This document shows, in pieces, positions 28,838 to 41,156 of a stretch of 64,000 bases of DNA (its first letter is position 1; each line of letters begins with the position of its first letter). Under the pieces are notes generated by a model. It saw only the letters and a program-made list of their open reading frames with translations, was not told the origin of the DNA and ran no database searches. Source of the DNA: Deinococcales bacterium (GTDB lineage: Bacteria; Deinococcota; Deinococci; Deinococcales; JAAFIG01); the NCBI GenBank assembly GCA_031414595.1, contig JANNVX010000067.1, positions 1-64,000 on the forward strand, written 5' to 3'. Both the position numbers and the translations under genes were made by a program.

Positions 28838-30808
28838 TCATCTTTTGGCTTTAGCGTTGGACATCGAACTGGCTTTGGCAGTGTACATCGAATGGTCAGC
28901 GATATTGGAAAGCTCATCGGTAGTGCTGCCATCCCTTGGGTAAATCGCCATGCCAATACTGGCAGAAACCTCGTGTTGGTGCGTCCCAATCACTACTTTG
29001 GTGGTCAGGCTTTTGGCAAGTTGTGCTGAAATCTGAGCTACTTCTTCGGGTTGTTCTAAATTCGGCAGAATTACTGCAAACTCGTCGCCGCCTAGCCTGG
29101 CAACCGTACTGGCAGCGCTGGTTTCGGCAATTAACTGGCGAGCGATATTTTTAAGCAGTTCGTCGCCCGTGGCATGACTAAAGTTATCATTGACAAACTT
29201 AAAATTATCAAGGTCAATGTAGAGTAACCCGACCGAACTTTTTTGTAGGTCAGCTTGGCGCATGGCGAGGGTTAAACGTTCTTGGTACAAAGCCCGATTT
29301 GCTAGGTTGGTCAGTGGGTCGTGGGTGGCACGGTACTCGAGTTGTTCAAGTAAGGTATTGCGGTCTATGGCAATCGCGCTCAGTTCGGTGGTGGTGTGCA
29401 GCACCCGAAAATTGTCTCTGGATGTACTGGGTAAATAGACCGTCACCACCCCAATGGCTTGATTAGACACCAAAATCGGTAAACTGCGGGTGGCGCGAAA
29501 ATCGTGTTTTAAGATCAATTCTTGTTCGTTATGATTGAAACGTGGGTCACTGATGCTTTGAAGATTTGACTCGAGTTGCCCCACCCAAGTAGCAAAAGCG
29601 GTTTCTTCAAGCGGACGTTGCAACCAAGTGCGGATACTGTTGGGTAAACCGTGGGTGGCAAGTAATTCAAGGTGTCCAGCCCGCAAAGCACTGATGGCAC
29701 AACCAGCCCGTTGAAATTGCGAAGTGGCAAGTTCACAAATTCGCGCCATCACTTCTTCAAGTTCGATATTTCGGGCAATCAACTCGAGAATCTGGTTGCG
29801 TTCACGCTCCAAACGCACCGAGCGTTTATGTTCGGTGATATTGACCATTAAGCCACGCACCCGCACACTGTCGTCTACTTGGGCAAAGGTAATGCGGTCT
29901 TGAATCCACATCAGTTCGCCTTGGTCGTCGTAAGCCCGAGCTTCGATTTCCAGTGGCTCGAGGGTTTTGGTGGCATGACGCAAACGCAAATTCATGGCTG
30001 ACCAGTCGTCGGGTTGGAAGACTTGCGTCCAAAGGTTTGATTCACGTAAGCCTAGAAAGCGCTCGCTCGAATAACCAAATAAACGTTCGGCTTGGCGGCT
30101 AATAAAGGTGCAATGTAGTCCGCCATCACGGTATTCACCTTCCCAGACCACCCCTTCTAAGGAATTGACCAGTTCTTGGTAAATTGTTTTTGATCGGCGC
30201 AATTCGGTTTCGGTTTGCTGACGATGCCGCAATTCGGCACGCAACTGGTCAAACAATTCGGCATTCTCGAGCAGAGGTGCAGCCGCCGCCGAAGCACTTT
30301 GAATAATATCAATTTCGTGTTCGTTAAATTCACGCACGGTGTACGAATCCAAACCCAGTGTCCCGACCACGCGCCGCCCAGCAATAATTGGCACAATCAA
30401 CATACTGGCGACTCCAAAGGCTTTGGCGATGTCCCGCGCTGCGCCCATCCGAGGGTCGTTTTGGGCATCCAGCACCGCTACTGGTTGCCGTCTTGACAAA
30501 ACCAATTGAGTAATCTCGTTGTTCTCGAGTGAAATCTGCGCCCCTAAGTTTCCAGTATTGCCCTCGCCATACTCAGAAATAATCGTCAGTGCCTCGCCAT
30601 CTTCGTTCAGCCGAGCAAAACCAGCGTGTTGCACTCCAACCACTTCGATTAACTCGGCACAAATCACGTTTAAGACCGTGACTGGCTCAAGCGGAGCGCC
30701 AGCCGTGGCAACAATGTGTTTTAGCATTGTGGCTTCGGTGAGACGTTTTTCTAACTCGAGTTTATTAAAACCCATTTGTGGAATTTGGTTACTTGGATTT
30801 TGGCTCAT
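28838..30808 (-). CDS. Diguanylate cyclase (GAF-PAS-GAF-GGDEF)
   Basis: HDPLTNLANR, DLDNFK and RLGGDEF motifs; N-terminal GAF and PAS (WIQDR) regions. Confidence 0.92.
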   Translation of the reverse strand: MSQNPSNQIPQMGFNKLELEKRLTEATMLKHIVATAGAPLEPVTVLNVICAELIEVVGVQHAGFARLNEDGEALTIISEYGEGNTGNLGAQISLENNEITQLVLSRRQPVAVLDAQNDPRMGAARDIAKAFGVASMLIVPIIAGRRVVGTLGLDSYTVREFNEHEIDIIQSASAAAAPLLENAELFDQLRAELRHRQQTETELRRSKTIYQELVNSLEGVVWEGEYRDGGLHCTFISRQAERLFGYSSERFLGLRESNLWTQVFQPDDWSAMNLRLRHATKTLEPLEIEARAYDDQGELMWIQDRITFAQVDDSVRVRGLMVNITEHKRSVRLERERNQILELIARNIELEEVMARICELATSQFQRAGCAISALRAGHLELLATHGLPNSIRTWLQRPLEETAFATWVGQLESNLQSISDPRFNHNEQELILKHDFRATRSLPILVSNQAIGVVTVYLPSTSRDNFRVLHTTTELSAIAIDRNTLLEQLEYRATHDPLTNLANRALYQERLTLAMRQADLQKSSVGLLYIDLDNFKFVNDNFSHATGDELLKNIARQLIAETSAASTVARLGGDEFAVILPNLEQPEEVAQISAQLAKSLTTKVVIGTHQHEVSASIGMAIYPRDGSTTDELSNIADHSMYTAKASSMSNAKAKR

Positions 30809-30864
30809 GATCTTGACTTAATCTACCAAAAAATAAATGAGGAAGAACCCATCTTTGGGTTGGC

Positions 30865-32028
30865 TTAGTAGTCCGAGCCAAGGCGCACTGTAATATCTGC
30901 GCCAAGCACACCCTCACCACTGATACGCCCTGTACCAACCCCCAAAGCTGTGCCAATCACCCGAGCCTCGAGTAAACTGCTCGAGGATAAAACCTCGGAT
31001 GTATTGGGGTCTCCGCCGGTCACATCTGCCAGCCAAACAAACCGAAAACCAGCCGTGCGTAATTTCTCTCGGGCGCGTTTGGCTCGAGCCGCATCGGTGG
31101 CAACAATCGCAATGCTCAATTCAAATGGGTCACGGGCGGGTTTGTCTTTAGCGTTGCGAAGGTTAGAATCTACCAAGGCTGCTACGGCTTGGGTGTTTGG
31201 AATCCAAAAAGAATACCTTCCTAAACGCCCAAAATCGCCCGGCAACAACAAGGTATCTACCCGAGGACGCTGCACCAAAAACCCCAATGCACCACCCACT
31301 TCTGTGCGGCTTAAATTGGTACGAACATGTTTTTCAAAGACCTTGGCGAGTTGCGGTAAACGCCCCCAAGATTCTGGTTGTTGTAATTTCTCGAGCAATG
31401 CCCGAAAAAAGGCTTGCTGACGTTGGGTGCGTCCAATATCGCCAAGGTTATCGTAACGAAAACGCACAAAACCTTCGGCTTCTTGCCCCGTTAAAACCTG
31501 CCAACCGGGTTTTAGGTTAATCTCGAGTTTAGCGGCTTTATCGCTGTACTGCATGGCTTGTGGAACATAAATTCTGACTCCGCCAAGTGCATTTACCAAG
31601 GCTTTTGTGCCATCTATTGAAACAAATAAATAGCCGTCTAGTTTTAAGTTCAGTAAGCCCTCAACGGCTCGCACACTCGAGTCAAAGCCGCCAAGCATCG
31701 CCGCATTGATTTTGTCGCGGGTGGTGTTGCCCGCCCCAACATGGGTATCACGCGGAATCGAAAGTAATTTAATGGCTTTTTGGGCAGGGTTGAGTTGTAC
31801 CAGTACCATGGAGTCAGTCAAACCCAACTGAAAATCATTCTCGAGTGTTCCACGGGTGTGATAGCCTACATAATGGTGTCCGACACCCGCCAGTAAAAAG
31901 GTAATGGGTTGCTTGGGCGCACTTGGAAAAGCCGCGAATCTCGAGATTACACCCCAAGCTGGATATGACCAGAAACCACACGCCCCAAGCGCTGCCAGCA
32001 ATAAAAAAGAAAAAAAGAATCTTCGCAT
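30865..32028 (-). CDS. LCP (LytR-CpsA-Psr) family protein
   Basis: TDS, SIPRDT, KINAA and RFRYDNLGDIGRTQRQQ motifs; C-terminal DITVRLGSDY (LytR_C-like). Confidence 0.93.
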   Translation of the reverse strand: MRRFFFSFLLLAALGACGFWSYPAWGVISRFAAFPSAPKQPITFLLAGVGHHYVGYHTRGTLENDFQLGLTDSMVLVQLNPAQKAIKLLSIPRDTHVGAGNTTRDKINAAMLGGFDSSVRAVEGLLNLKLDGYLFVSIDGTKALVNALGGVRIYVPQAMQYSDKAAKLEINLKPGWQVLTGQEAEGFVRFRYDNLGDIGRTQRQQAFFRALLEKLQQPESWGRLPQLAKVFEKHVRTNLSRTEVGGALGFLVQRPRVDTLLLPGDFGRLGRYSFWIPNTQAVAALVDSNLRNAKDKPARDPFELSIAIVATDAARAKRAREKLRTAGFRFVWLADVTGGDPNTSEVLSSSSLLEARVIGTALGVGTGRISGEGVLGADITVRLGSDY

Positions 32029-32102
32029 AAACCCCGAGGTCGCTCGGGAAATCTATGATACGTGGTAGCTGTGAGAAGCATGAAGAATTTATAATGACGC
32101 GA

Positions 32103-32831
32103 CTAGCGCAATCCGAACGCCACCGAAACCACCGCTGTGATTTCCTTTTCGATGCTGCTGGTGTCAAACGCACCGTAATCATCCACACTTGGGCTATTTT
32201 TAGCCGTAATCTGAAACACACCGACTCGGGCGTTACGTGGTGCGCCAATTCCCACACCCGCACCCTTGGCAATCACTTCAGCACGTTTTTTAGCGTCACT
32301 TGTGGCTTCCTCGAGCATTTGAATTCGTAAATCGGCGAGCTTGGTGTACAAGTAACTCAGTTCGGCTTCAAAAGGCACACCATTAGAAAGCATGTTTTCG
32401 GCAGTTTTACCAGCCAGAGCAGTCACGGCTTGCACTTGGTCACTCGAGACTTCGACCCGTTGACGCACCCGCCAAGCTGGAATGGTAGTGCGTGAACCAT
32501 CGCTATTGGTACGCTCATAGGTTAGCGGTTCGCTCGAGATTGGGGCTAACTCGAGTTTGACCCCAGCCCCGTTCGCCGCCACAAAAGTCTTTAGGCGGTC
32601 AACATTCTTTTTTAAGTCTGCCACAGCCGTTTGTAAATTGCTATTTTCTGCCGTGACACTGCCTTTCCACTGCACGAGGTCGCTGGTGATGGGTTTACGC
32701 GCACTGCCCGTGACCGTAATATCCGAATCACTTCGAGATTCCTTAATCGCGTTACTGCCAAGAAATGCACCAACCACGATAGCGACTGACAAACCGAGCA
32801 TCCCTAAGAAATTTCCAAGCGAATTATTCAT
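32103..32831 (-). CDS. SIMPL (DUF541) domain protein
   Basis: ITVTGSA, DAKKRAE and GVFQIT motifs. Confidence 0.88.
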   Translation of the reverse strand: MNNSLGNFLGMLGLSVAIVVGAFLGSNAIKESRSDSDITVTGSARKPITSDLVQWKGSVTAENSNLQTAVADLKKNVDRLKTFVAANGAGVKLELAPISSEPLTYERTNSDGSRTTIPAWRVRQRVEVSSDQVQAVTALAGKTAENMLSNGVPFEAELSYLYTKLADLRIQMLEEATSDAKKRAEVIAKGAGVGIGAPRNARVGVFQITAKNSPSVDDYGAFDTSSIEKEITAVVSVAFGLR

Positions 32832-32945
32832 GACCTATATTGTACTGTTTTTTTGGTGAGTGAAGTCTCATCAAGATTAATTGGTACTTAATCTTTTGTC
32901 TCGAGGACAGCAAATTATTGGTTTTCTAATCGAGAATGTTGATCT

Positions 32946-32979
32946 AAAAATAAACCCCAAGTCTGTTTGACTTGGGGTT
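32946..32979 (-). terminator. Intrinsic terminator of S8 protease gene
   Basis: AACCCCAAGTC-TGTTT-GACTTGGGGTT hairpin with an A-tract on the left. Confidence 0.85.
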
Positions 32980-32996
32980 CTCGAGACAAAAAGATT

Positions 32997-34730
32997 TTAG
33001 CTGTCTGGCTGCATCAGTAAATCAATAGCCGTTTTGTTCTCGCCAGCACTAATAGTGACGGTACTCGAGACTTGTGGTTCGTTGGCATCGAGTGCCGAGT
33101 TGCTATTTAAGTCGTTGTAAGCTGTTACTTTGTACGTTCCAGCCGGTAAATCGGTCAGGCTGTAATTAACCGCCGTTTTGGATAAGCTAATTTCAACTTG
33201 TTTGCTCAGACTTGCGTCGGTGGTATTGTCGGCACGAACAAAATTCTTGGTGACTTTAACCACTGGTGGTGGTGGTGGTGGAGTTGGAGTTGGTACATCT
33301 GTTCCTGGGTTTGCTGCTTCTTTGACTTTTTCTAAGGTTTTGGCAGCGTCCACTAACCCACTTCCACAAAAAGCATCACTCACGGCAGCGTTGCCATTGG
33401 CACAATCGCCAGTCGCCAGCGCTTTGGCGTTACTTTTAAGAAAAGCTAGGGTTTTGGTGTAATTAAGCGTTGGGTCAATACCGACCATTAAACCAACCAA
33501 ACCAGCCACATGGGGCGAAGCCATGCTTGTGCCTTGGATACCGCCTAGGTTGAACTGATTGGTAACTTTGTTAAAGTAATTGCTGTAAACACCAGCTTCT
33601 TGGTCTGCGCCATTTACGTTAATTGACAATTCGGTGTCGCCACCAGGTGCCATCACATCAACTCGAGCGCCGAAGTTAGAATATCCAGCCCGTTTGTTGG
33701 TTGGTCCGGTTGCACCGACGGTAATCACATTGTTGCAATTGGCTGGCGATTTTGGCTTGCTGACATTTTCAGTTTCGTTGCCAGCCGCCACAACAATGAT
33801 TTTCCCTTTGCCTGTCAGAAGGTTGTAGGCATCCTGCTCAAATTGTGAACAAGGGTTGTCACCGCCCAAGCTCATGTTGATTACTTTAGCGGGATTGGTG
33901 TTGGCAGGCACACCATCTATCGCTTCGCCACCAGCCCACAATACGCCTTCGGTTATATCAGTACCAGTGCCGCCACCCTTACCCAGCACACGGACATTGA
34001 GTAATTTGGCTGTCCAGTTGACCCCAGCCCCAAATAGTCCATTGTTGGTGGTAGCCCCCATCGTTCCAGCCACGTGCGTACCATGTAGACCGATGCGGTT
34101 GTCGTAGGGGTTGGCATCACGTCCATCACCGTCTTCGGCAGTTGCCGCTTCAGAGATAAAATCATAGCCAATGTTACTTGCCATGCGCCCAGCAAAATCT
34201 GGATGAGTTTTGGTGTCTGTATCGGTTAGATTATAAAGCATTCCGTCATCCACAACAGCCATGATGGTAGTAGCAACACCTGTGCTGATGTCCCAAGCGG
34301 CTGGTAAATTCATGGCGTTGTAATGCCATTGCACATTGAACTGTGGGTCGGTAGGAATAGCCAAAGCATGGTAACGATAATTGACTTCGGCATATTCAAT
34401 ATCGCTACGGTTTGAAAGTTGCCGCACCATCTCGAGGGTTTGTTCAGCATTGGCGTTGGCACGAAATAAACTGGTTTTGGCTAAGCCTAAAGCCCGCACT
34501 CGAGCCAATTGCAAACCGCCAGCTTGCAAAGTAATGGCATTGGTGGCTTGAATTTTGCTCTTGAATTTAACGATTACTTCACCAGCCACAAAGTTATTTG
34601 CACTGGATGGTTTGGTTGTACCGGGGCTGACCGTACCAGAAATCGAACCATTGCCACCGCCACCACAACTGATTAAGCCTATGGTTAGCGCACTAAGAAC
34701 AGAGAGGGTTTGAACGACATGTTTTTTCAT
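32997..34730 (-). CDS. S8 (subtilisin-like) serine protease lipoprotein
   Basis: Lipobox LISC; catalytic triad motifs VVDDG, HGTHVAG and GTSMASPHVAG; Pro-rich linker. Confidence 0.95.
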   Translation of the reverse strand: MKKHVVQTLSVLSALTIGLISCGGGGNGSISGTVSPGTTKPSSANNFVAGEVIVKFKSKIQATNAITLQAGGLQLARVRALGLAKTSLFRANANAEQTLEMVRQLSNRSDIEYAEVNYRYHALAIPTDPQFNVQWHYNAMNLPAAWDISTGVATTIMAVVDDGMLYNLTDTDTKTHPDFAGRMASNIGYDFISEAATAEDGDGRDANPYDNRIGLHGTHVAGTMGATTNNGLFGAGVNWTAKLLNVRVLGKGGGTGTDITEGVLWAGGEAIDGVPANTNPAKVINMSLGGDNPCSQFEQDAYNLLTGKGKIIVVAAGNETENVSKPKSPANCNNVITVGATGPTNKRAGYSNFGARVDVMAPGGDTELSINVNGADQEAGVYSNYFNKVTNQFNLGGIQGTSMASPHVAGLVGLMVGIDPTLNYTKTLAFLKSNAKALATGDCANGNAAVSDAFCGSGLVDAAKTLEKVKEAANPGTDVPTPTPPPPPPVVKVTKNFVRADNTTDASLSKQVEISLSKTAVNYSLTDLPAGTYKVTAYNDLNSNSALDANEPQVSSTVTISAGENKTAIDLLMQPDS

Positions 34731-34847
34731 ATTTGAACCTCCAGCATTACTTTTACCACACGAAGACTACCAAAGTAGCATCACACAATTGTCAAATGAA
34801 ATTTTTCATTCACTTCTTGTAAGACAGATACTATCCAAAGTAGCGTC

Positions 34848-34912
34848 GCACCAGCGTCGCATGGGAATCTGCACCAGTCTCGCATGGGAATCTGCACCAG
34901 TCTCGCATGGGA
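34848..34912. repeat. 23-bp tandem repeat x~3 (GCACCAGTCTCGCATGGGAATCT)
   Basis: Units at 34848, 34871 and 34894 in the divergent promoter region. Confidence 0.93.
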
Positions 34913-34987
34913 TTTATCACAAAACAAAAAATGAACACGGCTTGGCTGCCCTGTGTGACTGCTGTGCAATTTAGGTATGCTTGCCAA

Positions 34988-36577
34988 ATGAAAACGATTT
35001 ACGATGCGCTGATTGTTGGTGGCGGACACAATGCCCTGACCTCGGCGGGATACTTAGCCAAAGCGGGTTATAAAGTTGCGGTCTTTGAGCGCCGTCATGT
35101 GATTGGTGGGGCGGTCTGCACCGAAGACGATATTTTACCGGGGTACAAAATGGATGTCGGCTCTGGGGTGCATATCATGATTCATTTAACCCCTGTGGTT
35201 AAAGATTTGAACCTCGAGGAACATGGACTCGAGTATTTAGAAATGGACCCAATTGCTTACGCGCCACTCGAGGGCGGTGGCGGTTTTGGACTGTACAAAG
35301 ACTTAGAACGCACCTGTGAGGAAATCGCGGTCTTTAGCCCCAACGATGCTGCCGCCTACCGAAAATTTGTCAAATCTTGGGATGAATTTTCTGGCAAGCT
35401 CTTTAAGGCATTTCAGAAATCGCCCACGGCTTGGAACTTAATCTCGAGTTTCGCGGGTCGTAAACCCCCAGAAATAGACTTGCTGCTTGGGGTGATTCGT
35501 AGTTACGGGCATTATTTGCGCGGACACTTTGAACATCCGGGGGTGCGTTCGGCGCTGGCGTGGTTGGCAGCCCAGTCTGGTCCTGCGCCGCACGAGATTG
35601 GGGCTGGAGGATTTTTAATGTGGCACGCGGTGCTGCATAAATTTGGTGCAAAACGGGCGGTTGGTGGCAGTGGCGCACTGACCAAAGCCTTGCAAAAAAG
35701 TATTGAACACATGGGCGGCGAAGTGTATCTGAATGCCCCTGTCAAAAAAATTGAACTCGAGGGCGGAAAAGCCAAGCGCATTATTCTCGAGGACGGGCGG
35801 GTATTTGAAGGGCGGGTAATTATTTCTGGGGCGCATGTGCAAACTACGCTCCTTGACTTGGTGGGCGCAGAAAATTTACCCAGTAACCTCGCTTGGAAAA
35901 CCGAGAATATCCGTGTCGGAAATGGCTTTGGACTGATTCACCGCTTCTCGAGTTCGACACTTCCCGAGTACGCTGGAGCGCCCGAACACGCCACCAATGG
36001 AATGCAGCTTTTATGCCCCAGTCTCGAGTATTTAGAACAGGCTTTTCGGGATTACGACAATGGTCTGCCCAGTAAGAACCCAGCCGCGCTTGCCATGACG
36101 TTTACTAAGCTTGACCCAAGCCTTGCACCCCCAGACAAGCACCTGATTTACCTCTGGGGGCAGTACTACCCGTTTGAACGCTCCGATGGGCGCATCTGGG
36201 ATGCGAGCGCCGAAGCCGAAGAAGGCGCAAAACTCGAGGAGGTGCTGTTCAGGTATGCGCCAAATATGCGCGGCAGCATCGAAGGGCGGTTTACCCAGAG
36301 TCCGCTCGATTTAGAACGGCGTATTGGACTGCGTAAAGGTAACGTCATGCACCTCGAGATGGGTTTAGACCAAATGTTTAGTTTGCGCCCTTTGCCAGAA
36401 TTATCTGGTTATCGCACACCGATTCCGGGCTTGTACTTGTGCGGTGCAAGCACCCATCCGGGCGGCGGGGTCTTTGCCGCTTCGGGCAGGGCATCGGCGC
36501 TAGTGGCGATGTATGACCTCGAGGGCGGGGCTTTTGGACGCGCCAAGACGTGGATTGAACAAGCCCTGCAAAAGTAG
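34988..36577 (+). CDS. crtO: Phytoene-desaturase-family FAD oxidoreductase, probable CrtO-type carotenoid ketolase
   Basis: GGGHNAL...ERRHVIGGAV, GNVMHLEM.LDQM..LRP and LYLCGASTHPGGGV motifs; resembles Deinococcus CrtO. Start 34988 is 6 nt after TATGCT. Confidence 0.7.
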   Translation: MKTIYDALIVGGGHNALTSAGYLAKAGYKVAVFERRHVIGGAVCTEDDILPGYKMDVGSGVHIMIHLTPVVKDLNLEEHGLEYLEMDPIAYAPLEGGGGFGLYKDLERTCEEIAVFSPNDAAAYRKFVKSWDEFSGKLFKAFQKSPTAWNLISSFAGRKPPEIDLLLGVIRSYGHYLRGHFEHPGVRSALAWLAAQSGPAPHEIGAGGFLMWHAVLHKFGAKRAVGGSGALTKALQKSIEHMGGEVYLNAPVKKIELEGGKAKRIILEDGRVFEGRVIISGAHVQTTLLDLVGAENLPSNLAWKTENIRVGNGFGLIHRFSSSTLPEYAGAPEHATNGMQLLCPSLEYLEQAFRDYDNGLPSKNPAALAMTFTKLDPSLAPPDKHLIYLWGQYYPFERSDGRIWDASAEAEEGAKLEEVLFRYAPNMRGSIEGRFTQSPLDLERRIGLRKGNVMHLEMGLDQMFSLRPLPELSGYRTPIPGLYLCGASTHPGGGVFAASGRASALVAMYDLEGGAFGRAKTWIEQALQK

Positions 36578-36578
36578 G

Positions 36579-37730
36579 TCAAAAATCCGAACTTGCTCCG
36601 CCGCCACTGCTTTGACCGCCGCCTGAATTGCTGCCAGAACGATTATTTGATGCAGTCGAGGAAAAACCAGAACTCGAGTGCCGAGTGACATCAGATGTAA
36701 AGTTGCTTGGGTAAAACCTTGGTCGGTCTGAATGTCGCTCTAAGCGAGGCAGAATAATATCTTGTAAATCTTGGTGCTGACAGTGCGAGCAATGCCGCTC
36801 GAGCCGAGTTAAACCTTGCTGTGTTTGTGAAGCTGGAACGATTGGGGTTTTAGTTCCCGATAAGGTCTGATGTTGACAACTCGGACAGGTGCTGTAATTT
36901 GAAAACCAAGATTGCCGCCTGATAATTTCGTGGTTGTTGCACGTTTGACAATGCCAAATATCGTACTGAACACTGGAAAGACGTTCCTCGAGTTGTTGAG
37001 CGGCACTTAGGTACTCGTCGTCGGCTTGTTCAGATAATTTCTCGAGAACCGTTTGACAGTTCGGGCAGCGTTTTGGGCGACGTAGCGAACTAAAACCAGC
37101 CCAAGCACCCAGCAGCGTTAAACCTGCGCCTATCGGTAGCCACGGTGAAAATGGCTGGCTAGGTATCATGATTCTAGGGGTGTTACTAGGGCTTGGGGTC
37201 GGTACAGGTTTTGGCTTAGCCACAGCCGCAACTGGGCATAATTTGGGCAAGGACTGAATAATTTTTTGCGAACCCAAGACCATCCCAGCCCCATAACGGG
37301 CTTCCTTAAAAAGCGGCACAACTTGTTTCTCGAGAATTTGTTTCATTACAGGGTCGTAACAGCGCTTAAACCCAGACCCCAATTCGATGCGTAATTTGCG
37401 TTCTTTAATTGCTGCCACAAATAAGACCCCATCGTTACGCGATTTAGTACCGATGCCCCAACGGTTAAATAAATTGGTGCTAAACGATTCCCAAGTTGTG
37501 TTGGGTGTATCTAAATCCTTCCAACTTGGTAGGGTGAGGACAATTAACTCAGCCCCAGTTGAACGCTTAAACCAAGCGATGCTATCCATTAACGCCGTTT
37601 GATCACGACTTGGTAAAATACCTGCTAAATCCTGAATACTGCCAGTTTTTTGTGGATAGGCAGCCAAGGCAGTTGAGGCGAACGAAACAATCAAAGAAAC
37701 CAATCCCACCCCGACTCGAGTTCTTATCAC
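36579..37730 (-). CDS. TPM-domain membrane protein with C-terminal Zn-finger region
   Basis: LFNRWGIG...NDGVLF...RIELGSG; TM segment; four CxxC; GGGQSSGGGASSDF tail. Confidence 0.9.
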   Translation of the reverse strand: MIRTRVGVGLVSLIVSFASTALAAYPQKTGSIQDLAGILPSRDQTALMDSIAWFKRSTGAELIVLTLPSWKDLDTPNTTWESFSTNLFNRWGIGTKSRNDGVLFVAAIKERKLRIELGSGFKRCYDPVMKQILEKQVVPLFKEARYGAGMVLGSQKIIQSLPKLCPVAAVAKPKPVPTPSPSNTPRIMIPSQPFSPWLPIGAGLTLLGAWAGFSSLRRPKRCPNCQTVLEKLSEQADDEYLSAAQQLEERLSSVQYDIWHCQTCNNHEIIRRQSWFSNYSTCPSCQHQTLSGTKTPIVPASQTQQGLTRLERHCSHCQHQDLQDIILPRLERHSDRPRFYPSNFTSDVTRHSSSGFSSTASNNRSGSNSGGGQSSGGGASSDF

Positions 37731-37837
37731 AAACTACAATACGCGATTTTCGTCAAAAAGTTGCAAATGGCACAATTGACCAAAACTTGCCTTAAATTAC
37801 CCTGCCAAAAGTCATACAATAAGCATAAACTAGGCAA

Positions 37838-39834
<1,997 letters not shown>

Positions 39835-41055
39835 TTAGCGCAGCATTTCAAGTGCCTTCTCGAGAATTTTGTCTTGACCACGGCTTAAAGCACCCATGTC
39901 GTCGAGCATTTCAATGTTTGGTGTAACAAATTCTGGATGTGGGATGCCGTCCAAGCTACTCGAGCGGGCAGCCGTAATCGCTAAGGTGCTGCCGTCTGGC
40001 AGGTTATACAAGCCGGTGCTGGTGTTGAGAACTCCGGCGGTGCGTTCCCCAAGTACCGTGGCACGTCTGGGGCGTTGCAAAAAGTAGGTCATGTACTCGG
40101 CAGCACTTCTCGAGATATGGTTGGTTAAGACCAGCACTGGTTTATTTTTATCAAAACGGGTGAATGGACTTAAGTTCCAAACAGCAAAACCATTACTTTT
40201 AAGGACTCCATCCCTAAATTCATAGCCACCAGAACCGTTTTTGCTCTCAAAAGTCGTCCCCACAGGTTCGGTAAACCCGCCAGCGCTGCCGATGCTTTCA
40301 AAAGCACTACCGCCACCACTACCACGCACATCCAAAATAATTGCTTTGGTGTTCAGGGCGGCGCGAATATGGTCTTGGACTCGAGCCGCCACCAATGGGG
40401 TCAGGTACTGATAAAAGGTAATAATCGCAATGTTATTGACAATTTCTAAGCTCGGCAACCAAGGACCTATTTTTTTAGGCTCAAGCCTGATGACCCTCGA
40501 GTCTGGCAATTCAAATAAAATACTGGGCGCACTGGCTTCTAGTTCAGTTATGGCAACCATCGCTTCAGCCGCATTCTTGAACCGATTTAAGTTGCCATTT
40601 GCACCGAGAATCACATCACCGCGTTTAATCCCAGCAAGGGCGGCGGGGCTGTTCTCGAGAACCCGTGTGACCACCAAGGCGGGAGCATCTGGTAACGGCG
40701 CGAATTTCATTCCAACCCCTAGAATTGCTTGGTTGGCTTGGTTGGCATTGAATTCTGCGCGGCGCAAGGCACTCATACGGAAGGTATGCCCGTCACCTAG
40801 GCTCGAGATGAGTTGATCTAAAATAGGTAAGGCTTCTTTATACTCGCAACTCGGTAAGTCTTTACAAACAGTTTCGAGTTTGTCTTTAGCAGTTTTTTCG
40901 AGGGCTGGTAAGTCAAACTTAGCAAAACCGGCATACTGACCAGCCAATAAATCTATGGCGCGTTCGATCAAAAATAGCCCTTGAGAGGGCGCTTGGGCGT
41001 AACTCGAGACGGTAAAAGTCAGGAAGCAAAGACAAATCAGAGCAAGGCGTTTCAT
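39835..41055 (-). CDS. S41 family (C-terminal processing) peptidase with PDZ domain
   Basis: GDGHT, SPAALAGIKRGD, LDVRGSGGG, SRSAAE and GERTAG motifs; signal peptide. Confidence 0.9.
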   Translation of the reverse strand: MKRLALICLCFLTFTVSSYAQAPSQGLFLIERAIDLLAGQYAGFAKFDLPALEKTAKDKLETVCKDLPSCEYKEALPILDQLISSLGDGHTFRMSALRRAEFNANQANQAILGVGMKFAPLPDAPALVVTRVLENSPAALAGIKRGDVILGANGNLNRFKNAAEAMVAITELEASAPSILFELPDSRVIRLEPKKIGPWLPSLEIVNNIAIITFYQYLTPLVAARVQDHIRAALNTKAIILDVRGSGGGSAFESIGSAGGFTEPVGTTFESKNGSGGYEFRDGVLKSNGFAVWNLSPFTRFDKNKPVLVLTNHISRSAAEYMTYFLQRPRRATVLGERTAGVLNTSTGLYNLPDGSTLAITAARSSSLDGIPHPEFVTPNIEMLDDMGALSRGQDKILEKALEMLR

Positions 41056-41156
41056 AAAAATAGTCTACTGCCTGTTTCTCGAGAAGCATGAAAAAAACTT
41101 GTACTCAGTTCAGAAAATCGGTTATCCTGCTGCCCTTACACACAAGGAGGCAGGAC

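Noticed and set aside
33264-33293. GGT/GGAGTT microsatellite
   Set aside because: It simply encodes the Pro/Thr linker (PTPTPPPPPP) of the S8 protease.
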